A stretch of DNA of 32,000 bases from Nanoarchaeum equitans Kin4-M (GCA_000008085.1 AE017199.1:458886-490885), one strand, 5' to 3'; shown: positions 19,205-28,723, counted from the first letter of the stretch. The notes: generated by a model not told the origin, from the sequence alone. Numbers and translations are program-made.

Positions 19205-19516
19205 TTGCGAAAGAAACTTATTAAAATTCTGCAAGATTTATTAGATATATCTGATACTGAATTAGAAATTTATAGTTTTATACTAAACAACTCTAGGGTA
19301 ACCGTTAAAGATATTGTAAACAATCTCAAAATAAGCAAAAAAACTGCACATGAAAAACTAAAAAAACTAATTAGTTTAGGATTAATAGATAAAAAAATCG
19401 ATAAGAAAGGTTATATTTACGAAGCGAAGGCTGATAAATATACAATACTATCATTGTTAAAAAAACAATTGGAAAAAATATATAAAGAGTTTGAAGAGGA
19501 ATTTTCTAAATTGTAG
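19205..19516 (+). CDS. Small winged-HTH (TrmB-like) transcriptional regulator
   Basis: LEIYSFILNNSRVTVKDIVNNLKISKKTAHEKLKKLISLGLIDKK. Confidence 0.75.
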   Translation: MRKKLIKILQDLLDISDTELEIYSFILNNSRVTVKDIVNNLKISKKTAHEKLKKLISLGLIDKKIDKKGYIYEAKADKYTILSLLKKQLEKIYKEFEEEFSKL

Positions 19517-19547
19517 GTCTTTTTAAATATATTCTTTAGGTCGCTCT

Positions 19548-21779
19548 ATGGTTTCCGAAAAAACAATGGCAGAGAGAGTTTTAGCCCTAATGGGTAGGCC
19601 AAACAATATAAGAAATATCGGTATTATAGCGCATATACATCATGGTAAAACAACACTAACAGACAACCTTTTAGCAGGGGCAGGAATGCTTAGCGAAGAG
19701 CTCGCTGGAGATGCAATGTTTACTTGGTGGCATGAACAAGAGAGAGAAAGAGAAATGACAATATATGGAGCAGCAGTTTCAATGGTTCACGAATATGAGG
19801 GAGATGATTATTTGATTAATTTAATTGATACTCCCGGGCATGTCGAATTTGGGGGCGAAGTAACTAGAGCAGTAAGAGCTATAGATGGAGCAGTTGTAGT
19901 AGTAGATTTCGTAGATGGTATAATGCCCCAAACTGAAACTGTATTAAAACAAGCTTTAAGAGAATATGTTAAACCCGTTTTATTCATAAACAAAGTTGAT
20001 AGAGCAATAAAAGAATTGCAATTACCTCCAAATAAAATAATGGAAAGGTTAGCAGAAATTGTAGTTGGAGTAAACGATTTAATTGAAAGATATGCCCCAG
20101 AGGAGTTTAAAGATAAATGGAAAGTTAGTGTACAAAATGGGACAGTTGCTTTTGGTTCCGCTTTGCATAATTGGGCATTAAGCGTTCCATATATGCAAAA
20201 AACAGGTATAGGGTTTAAACAAATAGCAGAAATTTATAATACTGCAGCCGATGCTAAAGAGATAAGAAGAAGGGTATGGGAAATAGCCCCATTGTATAGA
20301 GTAGTATTAGATATGGTTGTTAGACATTTGCCTTCTCCAAAAGAAGCACAAAAATATAGAGTGCCTAAACTATGGCATGGTGATCTAAATAGCAAATATG
20401 GTAAAGCCATGCTAGAAGCAGATCCAAACGGGCCAGCTGTAGCAGTAGTAACTAAAGTTATTGTCGATAAAACATCTAAACAAGAAACTGCCATAGCGAG
20501 GGTTTGGTCTGGCACAATAAGGAGAGGTATGGAAGTTTGGCTATTAAATGCTAACAAAAAAGTAAGACTCCAACAAGTTGGTGTATTTAAGGGTATACAA
20601 AAAATACAAATAGAAGAAGCGAAAGCTGGAAACATTATTGCTATTAGTGGAGTAAGAGATTTGCAAAGTGGTGAAACCATTGTAGAACCAGAACCAGATG
20701 GGTCTAAACCAAACATACCCCCATTCGAAGCAATAAAGCATATATTCGATCCAGTAGTAACTAAAGCTATAGAACCCAAAGATCCAAGAGACTTGCCAAA
20801 ACTAATAGAAGTATTGAAACTAATTCAAAAAGAAGATCCCACATTAAAAGTAGAAATAGACCAAGAAAGTGGACAAATACTAATCTCTGGTTTAGGAGAC
20901 TTACATTTGGAAATAGTTGAATATAGAATAAAGAACGATTTCAAAGTAGATATAATAACATCTAATCCAATAGTTGTATATAGAGAAAGCGTTAAAGGAC
21001 AAGCCGGCCCAGTAGAAGGTAAATCTCCAAACAAATTAAACAAATTCTATATTACTGTTGAGAAGATGCCCGATGAATTATATTGGAAGCTAAGGGAGAA
21101 ACTATTAAAAGGCGAATTGCCAGAAGGTAAAATAAAGAAAATGAACGAAGATATAATAAAACATTTGATGTCTTTAGGTTTTACAAGGGAAGAAGCACAA
21201 AGGTGTAAGGTAATCTATAGAGAAAACATGTTCTTCGATATGACTAGAGGTATAATACATATTGGAGAAGTAATAGATATGGTTATGGACGCTTTTATGC
21301 AAGTTATGGACCATGGTCCAATAGCATGGGAACCATGTATTGGATTAATAGTAAAGCTAACCGATGCACAATTGCATGAGGATGCTATACATAGGGGGCC
21401 TGGTCAAGTTATTCCTGCAGTAAGGGAAGCAATTAAATTAGCCATGAAAGATGCAGGCCTTGTATTATATGAACCAGTACAAGTAATTTTGGTTGATGTG
21501 CCCCCAGATTACATTGGGGATGTCACAGCTTTAATAAACTCTAGGAGAGGGGCAATATTAGATATACAAACCGAAGAAGATAGGGCATTGATTAAAGCTA
21601 AAGTCCCAGTTAGAGAGATGATAGGCTTTACAGATACTCTAAGGTCTGCCACTTCTGGAAGGGGAGTATGGTATCTGGTAGACCAAGTTTATGAACCAGT
21701 ACCAAGAGAATTATTCGACCAAATAGTTAGAGAAATAAGACAAAGAAAAGGCTTACCATTAGATGCAGATATAGTCTAA
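19548..21779 (+). CDS. fusA: Translation elongation factor 2 (aEF-2)
   Basis: IIAHIHHGKTTLTDNLLAGAG, DTPGHVEFGGEV, C-terminal GATIRPRR-like and RRGAILDIQ regions. Confidence 0.98.
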   Translation: MVSEKTMAERVLALMGRPNNIRNIGIIAHIHHGKTTLTDNLLAGAGMLSEELAGDAMFTWWHEQEREREMTIYGAAVSMVHEYEGDDYLINLIDTPGHVEFGGEVTRAVRAIDGAVVVVDFVDGIMPQTETVLKQALREYVKPVLFINKVDRAIKELQLPPNKIMERLAEIVVGVNDLIERYAPEEFKDKWKVSVQNGTVAFGSALHNWALSVPYMQKTGIGFKQIAEIYNTAADAKEIRRRVWEIAPLYRVVLDMVVRHLPSPKEAQKYRVPKLWHGDLNSKYGKAMLEADPNGPAVAVVTKVIVDKTSKQETAIARVWSGTIRRGMEVWLLNANKKVRLQQVGVFKGIQKIQIEEAKAGNIIAISGVRDLQSGETIVEPEPDGSKPNIPPFEAIKHIFDPVVTKAIEPKDPRDLPKLIEVLKLIQKEDPTLKVEIDQESGQILISGLGDLHLEIVEYRIKNDFKVDIITSNPIVVYRESVKGQAGPVEGKSPNKLNKFYITVEKMPDELYWKLREKLLKGELPEGKIKKMNEDIIKHLMSLGFTREEAQRCKVIYRENMFFDMTRGIIHIGEVIDMVMDAFMQVMDHGPIAWEPCIGLIVKLTDAQLHEDAIHRGPGQVIPAVREAIKLAMKDAGLVLYEPVQVILVDVPPDYIGDVTALINSRRGAILDIQTEEDRALIKAKVPVREMIGFTDTLRSATSGRGVWYLVDQVYEPVPRELFDQIVREIRQRKGLPLDADIV

Positions 21780-22855
21780 GGCAAAAATTCTCCCTTTTCG
21801 ATTTTTTCGGGCAAATATTTGTTCGCTACAAACTCTAAAGAATGCTTAGCCAAAGCATCTTGTTCAGCTTTAATATTTAGTTTTAGCATTTTGTTGAATT
21901 GTCTTTGCCATTCCTTGTTTTTAAACCATGGATATTCCATTAGTTCTTTTACTCTTTTTACATCTATGGGCTTTAATTGTATTGCTACATCTTTCAGATC
22001 GTATTTTATTACATCATCTATAGTTAAACCGATAAACTTAGCATCTGGTGTTGCCAATTGCTCAGAAAACATTGCTAAATTCATAGAACCTCTTTTGATT
22101 ACCGAATATATATAGAACCCCCAGGGGTCGCCATCAGTAAATACATAAACAGGCAACCCTACTTCGTATCTAAGTTTTCTTATTAGCCTTCTCGTCCCTC
22201 TCGAAGGTTGTCCCTTAGTAGCAATCAATAAAGCTCTATTCTTTTCGGGAAACCTTTCCTCGATTAATCTCTCAAACATAGCGTCTTTCTCAACAACTAA
22301 AACATAATCTGCATTTACATCAACTATATCTATTTCTTCTATTGTTGAGGGTATTCCCCAACCCCCAAGGCCTAGCTTAGAGCAATTCCATTCGTCTCCC
22401 CTATTTCTGTCTTTCAATGTTATGTCTCCATATAGATAGCCTTTTCTATCTGCCACTATACCAAATTGTTCTCTTATCGCTCTTAACGCTCTTTCCAAAT
22501 CTTCGATAACAGAATCGCTTTCGCTTTGTTCGTCAAATGTGTTTTCATTAATATAAGGGATTGTGTGTTTCAATTGGTAGTACACTTCTCTTAATGAAGC
22601 ATGCTTATTAGATTCAACCAATTCTTTGGCCAACGCCGCAACTAATAAAGTTTGGGTAAACCTCCTTGTTTCTCCAACATCAAAAAACCTTCTTACAGAT
22701 TGCTTCTCCTTTAATTTAATTATATCCTTTTCTTCATCATACTCTACAGTTTTAATATTACCCCTAGTTAAGAATTCTATCCTTGGATCACCATTTTTTA
22801 AGAATTCATTATATATTTTTTCTCCCAATTGTTTTAGTTTTTGTAGTATATCCAT
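21776..22855 (-). CDS. top6A: DNA topoisomerase VI subunit A
   Basis: ASLREVYYQLKHTI active-site Tyr region; LPVYVFTDGDPWGFYIYSVIKRGS Toprim DxD. Confidence 0.95.
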   Translation of the reverse strand: MDILQKLKQLGEKIYNEFLKNGDPRIEFLTRGNIKTVEYDEEKDIIKLKEKQSVRRFFDVGETRRFTQTLLVAALAKELVESNKHASLREVYYQLKHTIPYINENTFDEQSESDSVIEDLERALRAIREQFGIVADRKGYLYGDITLKDRNRGDEWNCSKLGLGGWGIPSTIEEIDIVDVNADYVLVVEKDAMFERLIEERFPEKNRALLIATKGQPSRGTRRLIRKLRYEVGLPVYVFTDGDPWGFYIYSVIKRGSMNLAMFSEQLATPDAKFIGLTIDDVIKYDLKDVAIQLKPIDVKRVKELMEYPWFKNKEWQRQFNKMLKLNIKAEQDALAKHSLEFVANKYLPEKIEKGEFLP

Positions 22856-22891
22856 TTTAAGTTTAATAAATACTATTTAAATAATATATAA

Positions 22892-23545
22892 ATGGATTTT
22901 GAGGCTATAGCCAAAAAATTCGGTCTAAAAAAGCGGTATGTGGAACATTTATTATATTATTCCTATTTCTACAAACCTGTAAACTTTGATAAAATAGAAA
23001 TACCTAAGGAAAACTTGCAATGGTGGGCCAGAGAGATATTAAAACTACAAAGACCTACAAAAGAGAGATTGCCTTTTTATGAAAAAATATGGGAGAAACA
23101 TAAAGAATTTAGCGATACTATAATAGATATAGGGAGTGGGCTTAACCCAATATCTTTATTATTAATAGATTGGAGACCAAAAGAATATATCGCTTTAGAT
23201 ATCGCAGATAGTATTGTTAATTTTTTAAACAAACTGGATTTTCTTCCAATAAAGGCTAAAAAATTCGATTTTCTTAGCGAAATTCCAAAAGAGAAGGGTT
23301 TAATACTATTATGGAAAGTAATCCCAATTATGGATAAATTCTATGGTTTTAGATATGTGAAAAACTATTTAGAATCATTAAGAGGAAACATAATTTCTAT
23401 AAGTTTTCCTAGAAAAAGTTTGAGCGGTAAAAAGCTAATTGGTAGGGCGTGGCGCTATTATATTAAAAGGGCTTCTCCCTATAAAATTATAGACGAATTT
23501 GAAACCGATAATGAATATTTCATAATATTCGATGCTACAGAATAG
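22892..23545 (+). CDS. SAM-dependent methyltransferase, possibly FmrO/Rmt-like rRNA methyltransferase family
   Basis: TIIDIGSGLNPISLLLI and YIALDIADSIVNFLNKL motifs; N-terminal helical domain with HxRLPFYEKI-like segment; family call from memory. Confidence 0.5.
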   Translation: MDFEAIAKKFGLKKRYVEHLLYYSYFYKPVNFDKIEIPKENLQWWAREILKLQRPTKERLPFYEKIWEKHKEFSDTIIDIGSGLNPISLLLIDWRPKEYIALDIADSIVNFLNKLDFLPIKAKKFDFLSEIPKEKGLILLWKVIPIMDKFYGFRYVKNYLESLRGNIISISFPRKSLSGKKLIGRAWRYYIKRASPYKIIDEFETDNEYFIIFDATE

Positions 23546-24494
23546 ACCATATAATATTTATTAGCACTATAGTTAGGAAAAAGCTATTTATTTCAACCCA
23601 ATATTTGTTTAGGAATTCCCTTAATATTTGGGCCCCGTCTGTTATAAACAATGGAACCAAATTAGCTAACCCAATTCCTATATTTACTATGCCCAATACC
23701 GATATTAGCGAATACAAGAAATAAAAGCCCTTTTTAATATAATACGGTATTACCCATACTCCTAAAAATGGTTTCCCATTTTTCTCTTTTAATTTCGTCA
23801 CTATTTCCCCTTTGTCAGTATTTACTATAACTCTATCGCCAGGTTTATGCTTATATATAATATCTCTTATGTTTTTTATTGTAACATTTGTATTGTCTAT
23901 ACTATAGATGCATTTTACTCCTTCTAAATCTGGATTAGTAGTTTTTACCAATTTTAAACATTTGTATTGATGGAAATACGGAAATAGAATATTGGATAAA
24001 CCTAAAAAAATTAATCCTAATATTATATTAACTGCGGGCCCAGCAGAGAGAACCATAATTCTATTTATTGGTTTGTCCTTTTTGAATTCTTCTTCATCTG
24101 GTTCAACAAATGCTGCTAAAATAGGGCCCAGCAAAGCTAAACCCCAACTTTTTATTTTTCTATTCAGAGAAACTAACATTTGTGCATGGGCCAATTCATG
24201 AACTAATGCGGCTATAGAAATAGCAATTATGCCTTCAATTAATGGTAACTTCAATCCCCCTATTTCTATACCGGGAATTAATGGGGTAACAACAGGAGTA
24301 AAATTATTGGGTCTAAAAATAAAATCGTATAGCGATTTTAATAAAAAAGCAATTGTAAAACCTATCCCTGCAAAAGCTATAACTGTATAAATGAAGCCCA
24401 ATACTTTATAATGCTTAGTTTTCAATTTATATAGAATAGAGGGATCTAGCTTTATCATTATTAGGGGAAACCTTACCTCTATCATCGACCGCAA
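23535..24494 (-). CDS. Site-2 protease-like M50 membrane metalloprotease
   Basis: HELAHAQM zinc motif, NLVPLFITDGAQIL, multiple TM helices. Confidence 0.88.
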   Translation of the reverse strand: MRSMIEVRFPLIMIKLDPSILYKLKTKHYKVLGFIYTVIAFAGIGFTIAFLLKSLYDFIFRPNNFTPVVTPLIPGIEIGGLKLPLIEGIIAISIAALVHELAHAQMLVSLNRKIKSWGLALLGPILAAFVEPDEEEFKKDKPINRIMVLSAGPAVNIILGLIFLGLSNILFPYFHQYKCLKLVKTTNPDLEGVKCIYSIDNTNVTIKNIRDIIYKHKPGDRVIVNTDKGEIVTKLKEKNGKPFLGVWVIPYYIKKGFYFLYSLISVLGIVNIGIGLANLVPLFITDGAQILREFLNKYWVEINSFFLTIVLINIIWSIL

Positions 24495-24532
24495 TAAAAA
24501 TATATTTATAAAAACTTTCTTTTCGTTATACG

Positions 24533-25174
24533 ATGGTATCTGTAGACCAAGTAAAAAAAGCTAGAGAGGGCAAAAAAAGAAGGTTTACCCAAACATTCGA
24601 ACTAATATTCAACCTAAAAAATGTAGATTTAAGGAAATATAGGCTTTCAACCTATATAGTTTTACCTAGAGGGAGGGGCAAAAAGATGCCAATTCTCGCT
24701 ATCGTGGGCCCAGAAAATAAAGAATTGGCAGAAAAATATTTTGACATAGTATTAACTAGAGAAGATCTAAAACAATTAGATAAAAGGACAGCTAAAAAAT
24801 TAGCTAAAAGGCATTACCATGTCGTAGCGCAAGCAGATTTAATGCCAGAATTAGGTAAATCTTTGTTAGGTAGATTCCTAGGAATTAGGGGAAAGATGCC
24901 AAACCCAAAAGCAGGCCAAATATTGCCTCCAAATTTGAATGAAAAAATGTTAGAGGCATTAAGAGAAAAGCTAAACAATACTGTAAGAGTTAATGTTAAA
25001 AAGCATGTTACCTTTGGAGTACCAATAGGCACAGAAGATATGGAAGATGAAGCTATAGCAGAGAATGCAGATACTGTTATTAATGAAATAATATCCCAAT
25101 TACCTCAAGGCAAACAAAATATAGATAGTGTGTATCTAAAACTAACTATGGGGCCAGCGGTTAGAGTTTTATAA
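24533..25174 (+). CDS. rpl1: Ribosomal protein L1
   Basis: KRRFTQTFELIFNLKNVDLRK..., LMPELGKSLLGRFLGIRGKMPNPKAGQILPPN. Confidence 0.96.
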   Translation: MVSVDQVKKAREGKKRRFTQTFELIFNLKNVDLRKYRLSTYIVLPRGRGKKMPILAIVGPENKELAEKYFDIVLTREDLKQLDKRTAKKLAKRHYHVVAQADLMPELGKSLLGRFLGIRGKMPNPKAGQILPPNLNEKMLEALREKLNNTVRVNVKKHVTFGVPIGTEDMEDEAIAENADTVINEIISQLPQGKQNIDSVYLKLTMGPAVRVL

Positions 25175-25181
25175 ATAGTTT

Positions 25182-25481
25182 TTGGTATTAATTCGTATGG
25201 CTAAATATTCTATTATAATGGAAAAGAAAAACAAACTATTCGATAGAACAGAATATATTATACAAGTGGAGCATCCAAAGGAAAAAACCCCAACTAGGGA
25301 GGAGGCAAAAGAAAAAATAGCAGAGATGCTTAATGTCGACAAAAATAAATTAGTTATTAAAAAGATTGTATCTAAATATGGCTTACCCTATAGCTTTATA
25401 TACGCTAGGGTTTATGATAACATCGATACCGCAAAAAGAGTAGAGCTAAAACAAATTTTAAGAAGGAATAACTTACAATAA
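25182..25481 (+). CDS. rps24e: Ribosomal protein S24e
   Basis: NKLFDRTEYIIQVEHPKEKTPTREEAKEKIAEMLN...ARVYDNIDTAKRVE. Confidence 0.9.
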   Translation: MVLIRMAKYSIIMEKKNKLFDRTEYIIQVEHPKEKTPTREEAKEKIAEMLNVDKNKLVIKKIVSKYGLPYSFIYARVYDNIDTAKRVELKQILRRNNLQ

Positions 25482-26618
25482 ATCTTTTTGTATTAGCTCT
25501 ATAACTTTTTCTATTTCAAAGCCCTTTTCTTCCATAATTTTGAAAACCCTTCTTAACAATATTCTAATATTATAACCTCCCCCCGTATTAGATGGGAGCA
25601 TTCCATCTTTTATCGCTAAATAAACACTTCTCAAATGGTCTGCTACTATATACATTTTAGCATATTCTTCCCAGGCTTTTAATACATAGTCCAAATCGAA
25701 TCCAAAGTTTTCGGCATATTCTTTTGCCACATTAATTATATCGTCCTTACTTTCTATTTTATATCCCAAATAATAAATATCTTTGATTTCCCTATCTAAA
25801 TCGAAATAATTTCTCAAATATTTCAAACTATTTGGAAAAGTAACTTCATAAGCGTTTATAGAACCATTTAGAGCCCAAACTATTCTTTCATGACCCGCAC
25901 CCATATCTAAAACTCTTATATTCTCCATAGGAATTAGTTTATTATCTATTACTTTGTAAACCATATATACTTGGTTGGCCAACTCTAAACCGGTATAGAA
26001 TATCTCTAATGAAGGGCCCGCATTACCTCCGCCAGCCCAAGCATCTTCATGTATAACCAATTGGTTATCCTTGAAACCTAAATAATTAAAATAATCTAAC
26101 AAATCTCTTAAATATTTGTAAGGATTATAATTTTCGGGTTTTTCAAAAGCATGTTGGCCAATCATTATAAAGCTAGTAAAATGTCTCCCACTATAGCCAA
26201 CCAAGGGTAAATCATCAAACCTTAAACAGTATTGGGGGATTATTATTCTATTTGCTATAGGCTCTATTTCTCCATTAACTATGTGGGGTTGGAAATCAAC
26301 TATAGAGGCAATAACAAAATCTAAATCATCTCTCCATCTCGCTACGACAGGATAACTATTTAATGGAACATACCCTCTTTCGCTGAAAAATTTTTTAGTT
26401 AAATCCCATAGTTTTTTATATTCTATCGGTTTTATTGGTTTGCCTATAAAAGAATATGGCTCATGGTCTGCACATGTTTCTCTATTCTCTATAGACCAAA
26501 AATACCTTTTACATATTTTGCATTGTTTTCTTTTGAAACCCCTTTCATTTAGAGCAGCAATAGGATAAACCTTTTCAGGATTTTTAGAAGCAATATTTAT
26601 TATTTGCTCTTTAACCAT
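25473..26618 (-). CDS. alaS: Alanyl-tRNA synthetase, N-terminal catalytic half only
   Basis: CKICKRYFWSIENRETCADH, WAGGGNAGPSLEIFYTGLELANQVYM, NTGGGYNIRILLRR; no editing domain, ORF ends at 381 aa. Confidence 0.92.
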   Translation of the reverse strand: MVKEQIINIASKNPEKVYPIAALNERGFKRKQCKICKRYFWSIENRETCADHEPYSFIGKPIKPIEYKKLWDLTKKFFSERGYVPLNSYPVVARWRDDLDFVIASIVDFQPHIVNGEIEPIANRIIIPQYCLRFDDLPLVGYSGRHFTSFIMIGQHAFEKPENYNPYKYLRDLLDYFNYLGFKDNQLVIHEDAWAGGGNAGPSLEIFYTGLELANQVYMVYKVIDNKLIPMENIRVLDMGAGHERIVWALNGSINAYEVTFPNSLKYLRNYFDLDREIKDIYYLGYKIESKDDIINVAKEYAENFGFDLDYVLKAWEEYAKMYIVADHLRSVYLAIKDGMLPSNTGGGYNIRILLRRVFKIMEEKGFEIEKVIELIQKDLL

Positions 26619-27414
26619 TTAAATTTTTGTCTGTATTATTAAAAAATTCGAGCTTTTTGTTATTATATACAGGGCAGAAATATTTATAATCGCAGTATTG
26701 GCAATATTTTTTATTAGCGATCATCCTTGGGCTGTCTAAGAAAAGTTTGACTTTTTCATATAATTCTAAAAATAACTCTTTATATGGATCTAACTCTACT
26801 TCTATATATCTATCGGTTTTTGTGTAATACAATAAGCCAACATCTATTTTAGTATTATAGTTTTTTTCTAACAATATGGCATAGCCCGCCAATTGGATTT
26901 TATGATATTCTTTATAAGTGCCAGTTTTTATTTCTATTGGTATTAGCCTACCACTTTTGTATTTTTCAAGCCTATCTATTCTTCCAACTAAATCGTTATA
27001 TTTTAGCAAAATCTCACTTTTTATAATTGGATTAATTTTGTTGTAAAATTGTTCTCCGTATTTTTCTATAAAAGACCAAACATAGTTTGCTCTAAATTTG
27101 GCTTCTCTATGGATTATGTCTTTTAGTTCTAAAATATAAGTTTGGGGAGCATTAAATTCTAAAATAGCCCTAACCAAACCCCTATTCGCCATTATTATAT
27201 AGTCTTTTGTAAATCTTTCTAATTCTATAGGTAATTCCAAATCGTTTAAATATTCTTTTTCAAAAGAATCGAACAATTCAAAAGCTCTATGCAATATTTT
27301 GCCCCTTAATAATCGCTTGTTCTCTATTTTTATATTCTTTATTTTCTTTAAATATAACCTAACAGGGCAAATCAAATATTCTATTATATCAGTAACGAAT
27401 ATCATTGCTTGCAA
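26611..27414 (-). CDS. Cas4/RecB-like PD-(D/E)XK nuclease
   Basis: N-terminal YLICPVRLYL, LRGKILHRAFE, DLVGRIDRLEK...LIPIEIKTG...IQLAGYAILLE, C-terminal CQYCDYKYFCPVY Fe-S-type Cys cluster. Confidence 0.85.
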   Translation of the reverse strand: MQAMIFVTDIIEYLICPVRLYLKKIKNIKIENKRLLRGKILHRAFELFDSFEKEYLNDLELPIELERFTKDYIIMANRGLVRAILEFNAPQTYILELKDIIHREAKFRANYVWSFIEKYGEQFYNKINPIIKSEILLKYNDLVGRIDRLEKYKSGRLIPIEIKTGTYKEYHKIQLAGYAILLEKNYNTKIDVGLLYYTKTDRYIEVELDPYKELFLELYEKVKLFLDSPRMIANKKYCQYCDYKYFCPVYNNKKLEFFNNTDKNLNG

Positions 27415-27452
27415 ATTAATGTTATTTTTAAATATGGTTTAATATTTAGATT

Positions 27453-27537
27453 GCCGCCGTGCCCGAGCGGCCCAAGGGGGAGGGCTCGAGACCCTCTCCC
27501 CGCCAAGGGGGCGGGGGTTCGAATCCCCCCGGCGGCG
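27453..27537 (+). tRNA. tRNA-Ser (CGA)
   Basis: Acceptor GCCGCCG/CGGCGGC, anticodon arm GAGGG-CTCGAGA-CCCTC, long variable arm, T-loop TTCGAAT, discriminator G. Confidence 0.97.
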
Positions 27538-28077
27538 TTATTGGATAAACAACCACTTTTCCGCTTTAACAACAAAATCTGCAGAAATTGTTATTTTTAC
27601 ACTATCTTTAGAAGTTTTGATTATATATGTGTTTTGTTCTCCAACAACTTTTTGTACTGTTATACTTGGATCATTAGGATTAATTTTTATGTTTTTCAAT
27701 TCAGCTAGCCCATTTACAGTTATTTTAATACCATTAGGAATAATGGTTGCATCCTGTATATAGATAATACCTTTCTTTAGATCATAACTTAGTTTTTTGT
27801 TTTGCCTATCTATTATAAATGTAAATTCCCTATTTGCTTTCCCTTCTACTATTGCAACTATAGGAAATTTAAATGGAAAATCAAAAGCGATATCGGATAA
27901 ACTAACTTTATAATTAACCTTATCTTCTTTAGTACTAGTTATAACGTTAAGAGAGTCGGATATATAATAAAAGGGGTTAACCAATTTTATTGTATAACTA
28001 GTTGCATATTCAGGTTTTTTGAATTGGGCTAGAACATACAAAATAGATTGCTTAAACCCTGCTAATAATTCTAGCAT
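27538..28077 (-). CDS. Hypothetical beta-rich protein, 179 aa
   Basis: ORF track; stop codon abuts the tRNA-Ser 3' end. Confidence 0.7.
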   Translation of the reverse strand: MLELLAGFKQSILYVLAQFKKPEYATSYTIKLVNPFYYISDSLNVITSTKEDKVNYKVSLSDIAFDFPFKFPIVAIVEGKANREFTFIIDRQNKKLSYDLKKGIIYIQDATIIPNGIKITVNGLAELKNIKINPNDPSITVQKVVGEQNTYIIKTSKDSVKITISADFVVKAEKWLFIQ

Positions 28078-28123
28078 AAAAACTAATATATAAAATTTTT
28101 AAAGCTCTACAACAATATACTCG

Positions 28124-28181
28124 GCCGGGGCAGTGGGAGGAAAATCCCCGTGACCCGGGTTCAAATCCCGGCGGGGGCATT
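28124..28181 (+). tRNA. 3' half of a split tRNA (probably tRNA-Glu) with GC-rich 5' leader
   Basis: Leader CGGCCGGGGCAGTGGGAGG (28124-28142), then AATCCCCGTGAC-CCGGG-TTCAAAT-CCCGG-CGGGGGC-A; no D-arm or 5' acceptor strand upstream; TTTTTAAA box about 25 nt upstream. Confidence 0.8.
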
Positions 28182-28345
28182 TATGATTTGATCTATTATC
28201 TTTATTATTATCGATGTTTATATATTTTTGAATTATTTAAGATACCTCTTCATCCAATTTTTACCTAGCTCTATTTCGAGAACATAACTATTGCATAGCT
28301 TTTAATACATGGATAAAATATCTATTTGAGGAGTAGTTTGGAATT

Positions 28346-28363
28346 TCTAATATATTAGAAATC
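28346..28363. repeat. Isolated copy of the CRISPR repeat palindrome
   Basis: TTTCTAATATATTAGAAA identical to the 18-nt core of the array repeat, 1.4 kb from the array. Confidence 0.8.
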
Positions 28364-28550
28364 CTATAAATTGTGGGAATGAGTAAACTCTCAATATCTT
28401 TTATTACAAAAAATTACAAATAATTTGAATTACTTAATCTCTCTAATAGTTTGTTTTATGACTGGAATGCGGTTTGTTTCCTTCTAATTCCTACCTATAA
28501 GCTATTTTATATTAGAACTTTTGGATAACGAAAGCTTAAATAAATATAGG

Positions 28551-28605
28551 GAGGCCCCCGGAGTAGCCCACTCCCAGGTGGGTGGGGGCGATGACACGGG
28601 GGCGC
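28551..28605. ncRNA. GC-rich structured RNA candidate A
   Basis: GCCCCCGGAGTAGCCCACTCCCAGGTGGGTGGGGGCGATGACACGGGGGC in an AT-rich intergenic region; GGAG/CTCC hairpin and GCCCCC/GGGGGC stem; aligns with candidate B. Confidence 0.6.
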
Positions 28606-28723
28606 TATTTTCTTTATATTTACAATTAGCTTTCTTAAAATGTTCACTATGCTATTATTTTCAAGGATTTAAGCATTTAGTGTTAATGTACTAGAAACCT
28701 TGCATAAGGTTGTTATACAAAAA

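Noticed and set aside
20234-20779. 181-aa minus-strand ORF inside the aEF-2 gene
   Set aside because: Shadow ORF opposite a very well supported elongation factor.
22856-22891. Very short AT-rich divergent region between top6A and the methyltransferase gene
   Set aside because: Compatible with ordinary back-to-back archaeal promoters and short leaders; nothing unusual.
27409-27708. 99-aa plus-strand ORF MQINVIFKYGLIFRLPPCPSGPRGR...
   Set aside because: It runs through tRNA-Ser (CGA) and antisense to the adjacent coding ORF; composition reflects those features.
28554-28603. Possible 5' half partner for the split tRNA, since GCCCCCG complements CGGGGGC
   Set aside because: Position 8 is not U, there is no normal D-arm or anticodon stem matching CCCC, and the downstream sequence is not a contiguous complement of the 3' half leader. 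The homologous candidate B is also not tRNA-like.
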